DNA of 64,000 nucleotides from Limnothrix sp. BL-A-16 (GTDB taxonomy: Bacteria; Cyanobacteriota; Cyanobacteriia; CACIAM-69d). The notes beneath the pieces were generated by a model that saw only the letters and a list, made by a program, of their open reading frames with translations, was not told where the DNA came from and did no database searches. The translations under genes and the position numbers were made by a program. This document shows positions 39,381 through 49,440 of this stretch, piece by piece; positions within the stretch are counted from its first letter, which is position 1, and every line of letters begins with the position of its first letter. The stretch covers positions 3,872,001 to 3,936,000 of the forward strand of contig CP166615.1 of assembly GCA_041937175.2 (NCBI GenBank), given 5' to 3'.

Positions 39381-40490
39381 GTGACCAAAATTTTGACCAT
39401 CGAAGACGAACCGGATGTTCGGGAAATTATTCTCGATATTTTGGAAGCCGAGGGGTATGAGGTGGCGGGAGCCGCTGATGGCAATGCTGGCGTTCGTTTG
39501 GCCGAAGCCTTCCAACCCGATTTAATTCTGTGCGATGTGATGATGCCGGAGTTGGATGGCTATGGGGTGCTGGCGGCCCTGCGCCAATCGCCCATTACTG
39601 CAACCACTCCCTTTGTGTTCCTGACGGCCCGCACCACCAAGGGTGATGTGCGCCAAGGAATGCATTTGGGAGCCGATGATTATTTAACGAAACCGTTTAC
39701 GCGGGATGAGCTGCTGGGGGCGGTGGCCGCTCGGTTGCAACGGCAATCGGCAACCCAAAAGCAATCCCAAGAACAGCTCGATGCGTTGCGCTATAGCATT
39801 GCGTTTTCGCTGCCCCATGAGTTGCGAACGCCGCTGAATGGCATTGTGGCCACGTCGCAGTTCATGCTGGAAGAGTTGGAGGATTTGGATCCTGAAGAAA
39901 CCCGCGAGATGCTGACGGATATTCACAATTCGGGTCAGCGTTTGTTTCGGTTAATTCAAAACTTTTTGCTCTACGCGGATCTGGAGTTGGCGGCTCGGGA
40001 TCCCCAGCGGTTGCATGAGCTGCGACAACTGCAAGTGGAGAGTCCGGCGGCGGTGGTTGAAACAACGGCACGCCGACAGGTGCAGGACTGGGCGGGGCGA
40101 TCGGCTGATTTGTCGGTGCAGACGGTGGATGCGATCGTGGGGATTTCAGAATCGGCGCTGCAAAAGATGGTGATTGAGTTGGTGGATAATGCCTGCAAGT
40201 TTTCGCAGCCGGGCCAGCCGATCGCGGTGTTTACGGCAATTCAGGGCGATCGCTACCAGTTGGTGGTGAAGGATAGCGGCCGGGGCATGACTTCGGATCA
40301 GATCAAATCGGTGGGGGCCTATCAACAGTTCGATCGCAAGTTGCATGAACAACAGGGGTCGGGTTTGGGGTTAACCCTGGCCCAGCGACTTTGCACCCTC
40401 TATGGGGGAACCCTGACCATCACCAGCGAACCGGAAGGGGGCACGACGGTGCTGGTTGATTTGGGCGTGCAGGAGCGATCGACATCCTAA
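39381..40490 (+). CDS. Hybrid receiver-histidine kinase
   Basis: GTG start; ILCDVMMP, YLTKPF, HELRTPLNG, GSGLGL. Confidence 0.92.
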   Translation: MTKILTIEDEPDVREIILDILEAEGYEVAGAADGNAGVRLAEAFQPDLILCDVMMPELDGYGVLAALRQSPITATTPFVFLTARTTKGDVRQGMHLGADDYLTKPFTRDELLGAVAARLQRQSATQKQSQEQLDALRYSIAFSLPHELRTPLNGIVATSQFMLEELEDLDPEETREMLTDIHNSGQRLFRLIQNFLLYADLELAARDPQRLHELRQLQVESPAAVVETTARRQVQDWAGRSADLSVQTVDAIVGISESALQKMVIELVDNACKFSQPGQPIAVFTAIQGDRYQLVVKDSGRGMTSDQIKSVGAYQQFDRKLHEQQGSGLGLTLAQRLCTLYGGTLTITSEPEGGTTVLVDLGVQERSTS

Positions 40491-40696
40491 GAACGGAACC
40501 GAAAAGCAGGATGGGGCTGCCTCCATTGCTCAACGTTACAACCCGGCTGTGATTGTTACGACCCGTGACCCGGGCTGTTACGATGCGACTTAGCGGCGCT
40601 GGCAATGGAGTTCAGGTCAATTTGTGGGCATTCCCAGGGACTGGATTCATCCGCCCTGAGCCATTGAGGGTCGCTGGCTGTTGCGCTGTTTTGGAA

Positions 40697-41608
40697 ATGG
40701 CTATGTCGTCGGACTCACCCAAGTCGGTTGGAACCGAACCCACGAAGGGATCGTGGCGGCGGGCGATCGCTCGTCTGCTGCGGGGCCTGATTCGCTTGTT
40801 GGACTGGGCGGCGACGGAACTGGAAGCGGAATCGGCCTTGCCTCCGGCTACCCAAGTGCGATCGCCCCGGTTGACCCCAGCCCAAGCGGGCCATCAAGTT
40901 TTAGGCTGGGCCCGCCCTTGGCTGCCCGAATCCCTGCGGAAGCTGTCCGATCGCAATCTGACTATTGCCCTGTCGATAATGGGGGGCGTGGTGTTGGTTG
41001 CCGCGATCGCCATTTTCCCGCCTAGGTTTCAACCGGCCACGGTGGCCCAACAACCGCCGGAGTCTCAGCCTGCTCCTCTCAAGCCGTTGATTCCCACCCT
41101 GTTGGAACTGCCCTCTGATGCGGAGGAAGCGGAACCGATCACCCCCTCTGGCAACGGAGCGGCGGGATCTGAGTCCGTGCCTCGGACAACGGGAATTTCT
41201 GATCAGACTGCCGCAGAACCTGTAGATGTGGGAGCCGCCGAGACTGCACCGGTTCCTAGTCAGCCGCCCAAACTGGAGCGATCGCCGGAACAACAATTAA
41301 TTGCAGCAATCCAAGATGAAACCAGCGAAATTGCCACTCGCTACGGTGATCAAGCGTTGGTGGACTCCATTCAGGCTGATTTTCGCGCCAGTCGGCTGAT
41401 TGTGACGGTTCCGGCGGATTTGTGGTACGGGTTGGGCGATCGTAATCAGGATCGGTTTGCGGCGGATTTGTTGAAGCGATCGCGCCGTTTAGATTTCAAC
41501 AAGCTGGAGCTACAGGATCGAGAGGGGCAACTGTTGGCCCGCAGTCCAGTGGTGGGCGATCGGGTGGTGATCTTTCAGCGATCGGCCGATGGCGAGATCA
41601 CGAATTGA
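40697..41608 (+). CDS. Cyanobacterial hypothetical single-TM protein with Pro-rich linker
   Basis: PEQQLIAAIQ...LLARSPVVGDRVVI C-terminal domain. Confidence 0.78.
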   Translation: MAMSSDSPKSVGTEPTKGSWRRAIARLLRGLIRLLDWAATELEAESALPPATQVRSPRLTPAQAGHQVLGWARPWLPESLRKLSDRNLTIALSIMGGVVLVAAIAIFPPRFQPATVAQQPPESQPAPLKPLIPTLLELPSDAEEAEPITPSGNGAAGSESVPRTTGISDQTAAEPVDVGAAETAPVPSQPPKLERSPEQQLIAAIQDETSEIATRYGDQALVDSIQADFRASRLIVTVPADLWYGLGDRNQDRFAADLLKRSRRLDFNKLELQDREGQLLARSPVVGDRVVIFQRSADGEITN

Positions 41609-41610
41609 GC

Positions 41611-41961
41611 CTAAACTAGCCCCGCCACCCATTGCCCCAACAGTAACAACAACCAGTTGGCGTAGGGCAAACTGCTGAAAATTGCTCCCTGACGCGATTG
41701 CCCCCGCAGCCATAGCACCCAGCCTCCCGTTAGCCCCAAAATGGCCACCGGCGGAAACAGGGCGATCGCGACCCACGCCAGCCCGGCTCCTACCGAAGCC
41801 GCCGAATCAGCCTGGGCCAAGAGAGACGGCGAAGCCACCGCAGCCAGCAAGCCTGGAGGCAGCAAGGCCCCAAAAAATAGGCTGTTAGCAATCAAGACAA
41901 ACTGAGCAAACCCGCGCATGGCTTTTGCCGTCCCGCCGCGTACCGGAGCGCGCAGCCGCAT
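41611..41961 (-). CDS. Small membrane protein; start uncertain
   Basis: Three hydrophobic segments. Confidence 0.6.
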   Translation of the reverse strand: MRLRAPVRGGTAKAMRGFAQFVLIANSLFFGALLPPGLLAAVASPSLLAQADSAASVGAGLAWVAIALFPPVAILGLTGGWVLWLRGQSRQGAIFSSLPYANWLLLLLGQWVAGLV

Positions 41962-42298
41962 TTGTCTTCGGATTGTGCCTCCAAAGCGGTTAAACCAGCA
42001 AGGGGCGATCGCTCCGGTTCAGATTTTGGGAAACAGGTTGCAAGCTGAAGAGACCAGTCTCGATCCAGTTCAAGCGCGTTCAACCGGGTTCAAAAGGCCC
42101 CCATAGCAACAACTCCCCCGGTTCGTGAACCAGGAGAGTTGCTGTTGACTGGATCTTGGATTGGTTGACTTGATGGTTGATGGTTGTTGGTCACCCAGGG
42201 GCGATCGCGCTGGATCTGCACCCCGGCTAACCAAAACCACTGACCAATCCGATTGACCAATAACTGGATCAGAACGATCGAAAAAGGGCGATCGAACC

Positions 42299-42682
42299 TT
42301 ACTTGACCGAAGCTTCTGCGCCAGCGTCTTCCAGTTTCTTCTTGGCGGCTTCGGCATCGTCCTTGGAAACGTCTTCCTTGACCACCTTGGGAGCAGCTTC
42401 CACCAAATCCTTGGCTTCCTTCAGACCCAAACCGGTCAGTTCGCGCACCACCTTCAGCACGGCGATCTTCTTGTCGGCGGGCACTTTGTCCAGCATCACA
42501 TCGAAAGCGGTCTTTTCTTCCACTTCCTCAACCGCAGCGGGAGCAGCCGCCACGATCACCCCGCCAGCGGGAGCCGCAGCGCTCACGCCGAACACTTCTT
42601 CGATTTCTTTAACCAGCTCAGCCGCTTCCAGCAGGGTCAGCGACTTCAAGCTTTCAACGATCAATGCGACCTTCTCAGACAT
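42299..42682 (-). CDS. rplL: 50S ribosomal protein L7/L12
   Basis: [35 protein letters not shown]. Confidence 0.97.
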   Translation of the reverse strand: MSEKVALIVESLKSLTLLEAAELVKEIEEVFGVSAAAPAGGVIVAAAPAAVEEVEEKTAFDVMLDKVPADKKIAVLKVVRELTGLGLKEAKDLVEAAPKVVKEDVSKDDAEAAKKKLEDAGAEASVK

Positions 42683-42817
42683 GGATTTGCTCCTTGCAAT
42701 GGTTGAACAGCAATAACAGCAACAGGGGAAACCAACACAGTCGATCGGGATCGTCGGTTCGGGGGCCAAAACCCTAGGCCGCCGGGCGATCGCACTGCTC
42801 GATTCTGAAGCGATCGC

Positions 42818-43345
42818 CTAGGCGGCTTGCTTCTCGGAAATTGCCTTGATCCCACGAGCCAGCATCGAAGGCACTTCCTTGACACCGAACGCGATCTTGG
42901 TGGCCAGGCCATTGATCCCGCCAGCGATCTGAGCAATGAGTTGCTCCTTCGAGGGCAGGTCGGCAATTGCCTTGACCTCGGCCTGCGTCAGGGCGCGACC
43001 TTCCATCACACCGCCGCGCAGCTCGGTTTTCTTCGAGGCCTTTTGGAAATCTTGGTATGCCTTCAGGGCAGCACCCAGGTCTCCCTTCAGCAACAAAAAT
43101 GCCGAAGTACCCTTCAGAAACTCCGTCATGGGCTGCCAGTTGGCATCATCCTCAACGGCGATCCGCATCAGCGTGTTTTTCGTCACTTTGCAAACCGCGC
43201 CGCTCGCAGCGATGCGATTGCGTAGATCCGACAATTCAGCAACCGACAGACCCGCGTAGTCGATCACTGCCACCATTTCGGTGTCAGTGAGCAGCGACTT
43301 CAGATCCGCGACAATTGCTTGCTTGTCCTCCAGCGTGCGACCCAT
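42818..43345 (-). CDS. rplJ: 50S ribosomal protein L10
   Basis: [28 protein letters not shown]. Confidence 0.97.
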   Translation of the reverse strand: MGRTLEDKQAIVADLKSLLTDTEMVAVIDYAGLSVAELSDLRNRIAASGAVCKVTKNTLMRIAVEDDANWQPMTEFLKGTSAFLLLKGDLGAALKAYQDFQKASKKTELRGGVMEGRALTQAEVKAIADLPSKEQLIAQIAGGINGLATKIAFGVKEVPSMLARGIKAISEKQAA

Positions 43346-43390
43346 TCGTCATCACCTCCTTTCGGTTTGTCGCGCAGTCTGGAAACGAGA

Positions 43391-43546
43391 ACCCCCTCGA
43401 CGGTCAGCCAAAGACGGGTCGAGGGGGTTCGATTTGACAGCCAAACAGCACCCTGAGCGGGTAGCGAGTTGGCTCAAAACAGAACAGACCTCGGTGGGGA
43501 TTGATTAAGCGATCGCGAAGCCGCGAACACACCCACTGTCTTTGGT
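43391..43546 (-). promoter_or_regulatory. L10 leader
   Basis: AAAGACAGTGGGT...TTAA...CCCACCGAGG plus the hairpin ACCCCCTCGAC/GTCGAGGGGGT upstream of rplJ. Confidence 0.7.
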
Positions 43547-43704
43547 TGTTGGGTTTTGAAGCTAGGGTTTTGAGAAGCGACTGCTGGGCCGCTAGTTCAA
43601 CATCGAGGAGGTCTTGGCTGTTGATTAGCACCGCGATCGAGCCAGATCAACAGCCGAAGCTTGGATTCGCGAAGGGGTAAATCTCTACCCCCAGCACCGC
43701 CCGT

Positions 43705-44424
43705 TTAGGCGGCGTTATCGCCAATCTTCAAGTCGCGCAGGGCAGCTACATCTACTTCTACCGACGGCCCCATGGTGGAGGTCACGTAGATGCTGCGCCA
43801 GTAGCGACCCTTGGCACCCGAAGGACGATTACGATCGATCGTCTCTTGCAACGCCTTCAGGTTCACCAGCAAATCTTCTGCCGTAAAGGCGGACTTACCG
43901 ATGCCCACGTGGACAATACCCGTGCGATCGGCCCGGAATTCCAGCTTACCAGCCTTGAACTCCGAAATCGCTTGAGGCAAGTCGAACGTCACCGTACCAC
44001 CTTTCGGCGACGGCATCAAGCCCCGGGGACCCAACAGCCGACCCAACTTCGCCACCTGGGGCATCATGTCGGGCGTGGCAATCAGGATGTCAAAATCCAT
44101 CATGCCCTTTTGGATTTCTTCAATCAGGTCTTCGGAACCGGCAATATCAGCGCCAGCGCCCGTTGCTTCCGCGACCTTTTCCCCCCGGGCAATCACCGCC
44201 ACCCGCACGGTTTGACCCGTGCCCTTGGGCAGGGCCACGGTTGTCCGCAACTGTTGGTCAGTGTATTTCGGGTCAATTCCCAACTTGATGTGGGCTTCCA
44301 CCGTTTCCACAAACTTAGCTGTGGCCAGTTCCTTCACCAGCTCCAGCGCTTCCACGGGCGCATAGGGACGCGGTTCCACCTTGGCCATTAGCTCGCGCAT
44401 CCGGCGCGAAATCTTACGAGTCAT
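43705..44424 (-). CDS. rplA: 50S ribosomal protein L1
   Basis: [26 protein letters not shown]. Confidence 0.97.
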   Translation of the reverse strand: MTRKISRRMRELMAKVEPRPYAPVEALELVKELATAKFVETVEAHIKLGIDPKYTDQQLRTTVALPKGTGQTVRVAVIARGEKVAEATGAGADIAGSEDLIEEIQKGMMDFDILIATPDMMPQVAKLGRLLGPRGLMPSPKGGTVTFDLPQAISEFKAGKLEFRADRTGIVHVGIGKSAFTAEDLLVNLKALQETIDRNRPSGAKGRYWRSIYVTSTMGPSVEVDVAALRDLKIGDNAA

Positions 44425-44442
44425 GAATTAAAACACTCCTTC

Positions 44443-44475
44443 GGGGTCATTAGCGAAGAGCTGATCTTCTCCCCC
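44443..44475 (-). promoter_or_regulatory. Possible L1-binding autoregulatory hairpin
   Basis: GGGGAG...GCTAATGACCCC just before the rplA SD. Confidence 0.4.
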
Positions 44476-44568
44476 AGATGGTTTTCAGCAAATCTGTTTG
44501 CGATCGGTCAATGACTCGGTGGATTAGGAGTCGATCGAGCCGACTGCCCCCAACCGAACCAATGGCTC

Positions 44569-44994
44569 CTACTCGACGATCGTCACGCCCATGTTGTTGG
44601 CCGTCCCTTCGATGATCCGCATGGCGGCTTCCACATCGTTGGTGTTCAGGTCAGGCAGCTTGGTTTGAGCAATTTCCTGAAGCTGAGCGCGAGTAATCTT
44701 GCCCACCTTCTTGGACTTCGGATCGCTCGAACCGCGATCGATGCCAGCGGCCTTGCAAATCAACACGGAAGCAGGCGGCGTTTTCAGAACGAAGGTAAAA
44801 CTCCGATCTTCAAACACCGAAATTTCCACAGGAACCACCAACCCAGCCTTGTCGGCCGTGCGGGCGTTGTATTCCTTGCAGAACATCATGATGTTGACCC
44901 CATGCTGACCCAGGGCGGGCCCGATCGGGGGAGCAGGGGTCGCTTTGCCGGCGGTAATCGCCAGCTTAATGATTGCGACGACTTTCTTAGCCAT
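44569..44994 (-). CDS. rplK: 50S ribosomal protein L11
   Basis: [25 protein letters not shown]. Confidence 0.97.
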   Translation of the reverse strand: MAKKVVAIIKLAITAGKATPAPPIGPALGQHGVNIMMFCKEYNARTADKAGLVVPVEISVFEDRSFTFVLKTPPASVLICKAAGIDRGSSDPKSKKVGKITRAQLQEIAQTKLPDLNTNDVEAAMRIIEGTANNMGVTIVE

Positions 44995-45018
44995 TCGTTT
45001 ATTGCGCTATGGGACGAG

Positions 45019-45654
45019 CTAGCTTTGCTTTTGAACTTGGTTGAACTCCAGTTCAACCGGGGTATCCCGACCAAAAATCGACAGCAAGGCTTTTAGCTTG
45101 CTGCGTTCGGGACTCACTTCAATCACCTCGCCCTCAAAATCCTTAAACGGCCCAGACAAGACCACAATCTTGTCACCGGCCGCCATATCAATTTTGATGA
45201 CGGGTTCTTGCTCCTGGGCCTGGCGGAAAATGCGCTCGACTTCAGCGGGACTCAGGGGTACGGGCTTGACATGGCCGCGCCCGCGACCTTGGCCGCGCCG
45301 TTGTTCTGCCCCCACAAAGTTAATCACGTTGGGGGTATTCTTCACAACCATCCAGGTTTCGTCGTCCAGATGCATCCGCACCAGGACATAGCCGGGGAAA
45401 ACCTTCTCGTCGCCATGCTGACGGCTACCGTCCTTGCGCATTTTGACGGTGGGGGTTTGGGGAATTTCCACCTGCAAAATTCGTTCGGCCACGTCAAGGG
45501 TTTGCACCCGTTGTTGTAGGTTCATCTTGACGCGATTTTCGCAGCCGGAAGCCACTTGCACGGCATACCAGCGAGCACGACGGGCCAAAACCTTGGGCGC
45601 TTGCTCTTCGGCTTGTTCGTCGCTGTCGTAAAACTGTTCGTCGCTCAGGCTCAT
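45019..45654 (-). CDS. nusG: Transcription factor NusG
   Basis: WYAVQVASGCE, FPGYVLV, GPFKDFEG, IFGRDTPVELEF. Confidence 0.97.
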   Translation of the reverse strand: MSLSDEQFYDSDEQAEEQAPKVLARRARWYAVQVASGCENRVKMNLQQRVQTLDVAERILQVEIPQTPTVKMRKDGSRQHGDEKVFPGYVLVRMHLDDETWMVVKNTPNVINFVGAEQRRGQGRGRGHVKPVPLSPAEVERIFRQAQEQEPVIKIDMAAGDKIVVLSGPFKDFEGEVIEVSPERSKLKALLSIFGRDTPVELEFNQVQKQS

Positions 45655-45872
45655 TGGAACACCTGCTTTGCGATCCAAGTGAAGAGGTTGTCAACCAGAT
45701 AGATGGTTGTGGCGGAGAGAACAACCATCAGCACCACCGCCACGGACTCACTGATGAGTTGTTGGCGACTGGGCCAAACGACTTTGCTGAGTTCTTCGCG
45801 AGTGCCGCGCAGAAACTCGGTGGGGTCGAATTTTTCGTTATCTGGGGCTGGCGATTCCGCTGGTTTGCTCAC
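45651..45872 (-). CDS. secE: Preprotein translocase subunit SecE
   Basis: EELSKVVWPSRQQL plus TM helix; GTG start. Confidence 0.93.
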   Translation of the reverse strand: MSKPAESPAPDNEKFDPTEFLRGTREELSKVVWPSRQQLISESVAVVLMVVLSATTIYLVDNLFTWIAKQVFQ

Positions 45873-46112
45873 GGGTGGGTTCCTCTGTTGACCAATGATC
45901 CTTAGGATGGGGACTCGATCGCACGGAAGACCAAAGGCTGATGGGCAATAGGGCCACAGACTGGCTCCGGTGAAGAGGCGTTCGATCGGTCGTGATACCC
46001 GGTTGGTCGATCGGGGCTGATCGGAAAACACGCCTCATGAGAATCTACCCAAAGACCTCTTGCCGGTGATGGCGGTCAGCCTTTGGGTAGATTCATCGGC
46101 GATGAATGCCAG

Positions 46113-46185
46113 CGCGCCCTGGAGGACTCGAACCCCCGACATCAGGTTTTGGAGACCTGCGTTCTACCGACTGAACTAAGAGCGC
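46113..46185 (-). tRNA. trnW: tRNA-Trp (CCA)
   Basis: GCGCTCTTAGTTCAGTCGGTAGAACGCAGGTCTCCAAAACCTGATGTCGGGGGTTCGAGTCCTCCAGGGCGCG folds as a cloverleaf. Confidence 0.96.
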
Positions 46186-46283
46186 ACGTTTGGACGTTTT
46201 CTCAGTTTAGCACTAATCGAGGCCGGTCGCTCAAAAACCATTTGAGATGAATGAACCGATCGAACGAAGATCCGGGGAGGATC

Positions 46284-46646
46284 TTACTTCTTGCGATCGA
46301 ACCGTTCCTTGATGCGGGTTGCCTTACCAATGCGCTGACGCAGGTAGTACAGCTTGGCACGACGGACTTTACCACGGCGCACGACTTTGATATTCGCGAC
46401 GCGGGGCGAGTGCAGCAAGAACACGCGCTCTACGCCAACACCTTGGAACACCCGACGCACGGTGACGGTTTCGTTAATCCCGCCGTTGCGCATCGCGATG
46501 ATGGTGCCTTCGTAGGGCTGGACGCGCTCTTTGCCGCCTTCTTGGATCACAACACCAACTCGAACCGTGTCCCCGACATAAAGGACGGGCAGGTCTGATT
46601 TGAGTTGCTCAGCTTCGATTGAGCGGATGACTTCTTGCGCGTTCAT
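46284..46646 (-). CDS. rplS: 50S ribosomal protein L19
   Basis: [25 protein letters not shown]. Confidence 0.97.
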   Translation of the reverse strand: MNAQEVIRSIEAEQLKSDLPVLYVGDTVRVGVVIQEGGKERVQPYEGTIIAMRNGGINETVTVRRVFQGVGVERVFLLHSPRVANIKVVRRGKVRRAKLYYLRQRIGKATRIKERFDRKK

Positions 46647-46833
46647 GACTGGTTCAAAAAACCACAAGCATACATCTTAGCTGTTGAACAGTCATTTCGT
46701 CTAGATTGGTTTGGCTTTTTTCCGATCGAGCCTGGATCGTCCCCCTCGTTCGATCGGCCCTCTACACTGGGGAAACATATAAGATGCGGGACAATTCTCC
46801 TCGGTGGCACTGGGGCGGAGGGCTGAACAAACC

Positions 46834-48177
46834 ATGGAGCAAATCCTGAAAAGATCACAGCAACTGGTGCAAGGACTGCGATCGCCCTTAGGGTCGGCCA
46901 TGGTCTTGTCATTTGTGGTGCACTTGGCGGCCTTGCCTCTGCTGGCGGACTGGAATCCGGCCTCACCCCCCGAGGACGAGCGCAAAGTGGCCCTGCTGGA
47001 GCTGACCCCCGAGGAACTGCAAGAGCTGCCGGCCTTTGCCCGGGAAGCGGCTGCCCAGCCCCAAAATCCAGCCGAATTGACCAATCCCCCCAACTCCAAT
47101 TCCGGGAGCGCCAATGATCTGTTCAATCGCTTAGGCTTGGGCAGTTCGTCACCGTCCGTTGGTCGCGGAGCCGCCGCCGATCCCTTCAATACCTTTGGTG
47201 GCGCAGCGGGTAACCAGGGGCGTTCCAACAGTCGCATGGGCGATCGGGCCGCGAACCGGTTTGAGAATAATCCCAATAACAACCCCTATAACAACTCCTA
47301 CATCAATCCCTATAACGATTACGCTGGCTGGGATCAGTTCCAAAATCCGCCTCCCCGTCCCAATGGTGGCGATCGCGGTCGTCGGGGCCGCCAGCCCAAC
47401 GGTCAGTCCCGATCGCCCGTTGCAGCAACCCCCGCCACCGCCGCCGATCGCCTGGCCAAATCTACCGCCAACGTTGCGATCGCCCAATTTCGAGATCAAT
47501 GGCGAATGGCGGCCGGTCTTCAGTCCCTGGCCAGCGGTCTGAACCCGGAACCCACCGATCGCCCCGGTAACTACACCTTTAACCCCAACCTGGTGAGCAG
47601 CAACGCCACCCAAGGCCGCCTGAGCCAACTGGCCGATTGGGTGAAACGGGTCAACGATCTCCCCATGCGCAACGCAGATGGATCCCTGTTGCCGGGTACG
47701 GGCAAAGAATTAAACGGCGTTTTCCGCGACATGCTCACCGTCGGAGACTCCATTCAAAAGAAAGACACCCCGATCCAATGGCGCAAATTTGCTGACCTGC
47801 GGGCTTGCACCACCCTGAGCGCCAACCCGCCCCAACCGATCCGCTTGGTTGTCTTGGTGGGCGATCGGGGACTGGTGGCCCCCGGTTTGAACCCCGTGCG
47901 GTTGGTGCAAAGCTCCGGCTACTCAGCCTTGGATGACGAGGCGATCGCCTTTTTGACCCAACAGCTCACCGGCAAAAAACTCTCCGATCGCCCGGGTTAT
48001 CTGATCCATATCTACACCCTGACCTATCCCCCTTGCAGCAGCGCCAATCCCAGTCCAACCCCTAGCCCCACATCCAGTCCAACCCCTAGCCCTACACCCA
48101 GCCCCACACCCACCACCAACGAAAGCCCCTCATCACCCCCCAGCGAAACTCCGGCTCCCACCGGCCCATCGCCCTAG
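46834..48177 (+). CDS. TonB-like protein (N-terminal TM, low-complexity linker, TonB-C-like motif)
   Basis: LSFVVHL anchor, VQSSGYSALDDEA, PT/PS-repeat tail. Confidence 0.65.
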   Translation: MEQILKRSQQLVQGLRSPLGSAMVLSFVVHLAALPLLADWNPASPPEDERKVALLELTPEELQELPAFAREAAAQPQNPAELTNPPNSNSGSANDLFNRLGLGSSSPSVGRGAAADPFNTFGGAAGNQGRSNSRMGDRAANRFENNPNNNPYNNSYINPYNDYAGWDQFQNPPPRPNGGDRGRRGRQPNGQSRSPVAATPATAADRLAKSTANVAIAQFRDQWRMAAGLQSLASGLNPEPTDRPGNYTFNPNLVSSNATQGRLSQLADWVKRVNDLPMRNADGSLLPGTGKELNGVFRDMLTVGDSIQKKDTPIQWRKFADLRACTTLSANPPQPIRLVVLVGDRGLVAPGLNPVRLVQSSGYSALDDEAIAFLTQQLTGKKLSDRPGYLIHIYTLTYPPCSSANPSPTPSPTSSPTPSPTPSPTPTTNESPSSPPSETPAPTGPSP

Positions 48178-48356
48178 CATTGGCAACGGCCACCCTTTCG
48201 CCATCCCTGTTTGTCCTCCGATTGATCGAGTACGTTCTAGCGAAAGTAATCGAAAAAACCGGTTGCCCCCAGCGATCGCCCCGCGCCAGAGTCAGCCGAC
48301 TGGGTAAAATCAACCCACCTCCCTACTCAGGATTTTGCGAGAACTCTGAAATCGTA

Positions 48357-49286
48357 ATGGCAACCAGCATTTTTCAATTCAGACAAAAAGATCGCCGTCC
48401 CTGGCTGCGGGTCATTCTGCAACTGCGCGGCTCCGTTGTACCCACCATTGCGCCCCGTGTGCTGTTTTGTGGAACCTTTGCCGCAGTTGTGAGTTGGTTA
48501 CATGCCCTGAAAGTTCCCGTTGCCCAACCGGGCTGGGCGAATTTAATTCCCAGCGTGGTGCTGGGGTTGCTATTGGTTTTCCGAACCAATACGGCCTATG
48601 AGCGGTTTTGGGAAGGGCGCAAACTTTGGGGCGGAATTGTGAACACGTCCCGTAACCTGGGGCGACAAATCTGGGTGGCAATTGACGAATCTACGCCAGA
48701 AGTTCGGGAACAAAAAATTTCAGCCCTGAATCTAATTGCTGCCTTTGGCATTGCCACCAAGCAACATTTACGGGGGGCATCCATAACTGAAGCGGTTGCT
48801 GATTTGGTGGAGCCGAGTGTGCTGGCTAATTTGCAAACGACTAACCATGTACCCCTCGATTTATCAGTACGAATTGCCGCTTTTCTAGAGGAGCAGCGCG
48901 ATCGCGGTAACCTCAATCCGTATCAACTGGCTTCCATGCACCGTCTGCTTGATGTGCTAGTGGATTCCTTGGGAGGCTGCGAGCGAATTTTACGAACGCC
49001 CATGCCCTTTGCCTATGCCATCCACCTGCGGCAATTGCTATTAATCTACTGCCTGCTTTTGCCCTTTGAATTGGTAGCTAAAGTGGGCTGGTGGACAGGA
49101 TTACTGGTTGCCATTATCTCCTTCACTCTGTTTGGAATTGAAGAGATTGGCGAAGAAATCGAAAATCCCTTTGGCACGGATCCAAACGATTTGCCGCTAG
49201 ATGCCATTTGCAACACCGTTCGCCAAAATATGCAAGATTTGAGTGAAATCGAACCCCGCGCGGTCGATGTGCGATCGTTGCCCTGA
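48357..49286 (+). CDS. Bestrophin-family (UPF0187) channel
   Basis: LLLVFRTNTAYERFWEGRKLWG, GEEIENPFGTDPNDLPLD. Confidence 0.93.
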   Translation: MATSIFQFRQKDRRPWLRVILQLRGSVVPTIAPRVLFCGTFAAVVSWLHALKVPVAQPGWANLIPSVVLGLLLVFRTNTAYERFWEGRKLWGGIVNTSRNLGRQIWVAIDESTPEVREQKISALNLIAAFGIATKQHLRGASITEAVADLVEPSVLANLQTTNHVPLDLSVRIAAFLEEQRDRGNLNPYQLASMHRLLDVLVDSLGGCERILRTPMPFAYAIHLRQLLLIYCLLLPFELVAKVGWWTGLLVAIISFTLFGIEEIGEEIENPFGTDPNDLPLDAICNTVRQNMQDLSEIEPRAVDVRSLP

Positions 49287-49298
49287 CCCTCCAATCGT

Positions 49299-49364
49299 CT
49301 TGTAGTGCAGGTTTCAACCTGCACCATCCTGCGCTCCGGTGCGAGCTAAAGCTCACACTACAAG
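49299..49364. repeat. GTAG-type REP doublet (REPIN-like)
   Basis: CTTGTAGTGCAGGTTTCAACCTGCAC ... GTGCGAGCTAAAGCTCACACTACAAG; inverted pair, each half an internal hairpin. Confidence 0.75.
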
Positions 49365-49440
49365 CGTTGTGCGGCCGTAGCTATAATTGTCATGGTGCTT
49401 TCTGCGTTCACCTTTTCTCATTTACTTTTTGACTCACGCC

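Noticed and set aside
46041..46094. Long hairpin GAATCTACCCAAAG/CTTTGGGTAGATTC after tRNA-Trp as an integration scar
   Set aside because: No integrase or tRNA 3'-end duplication, and rplS-trnW-secE synteny is intact. Probably a processing or terminator stem.
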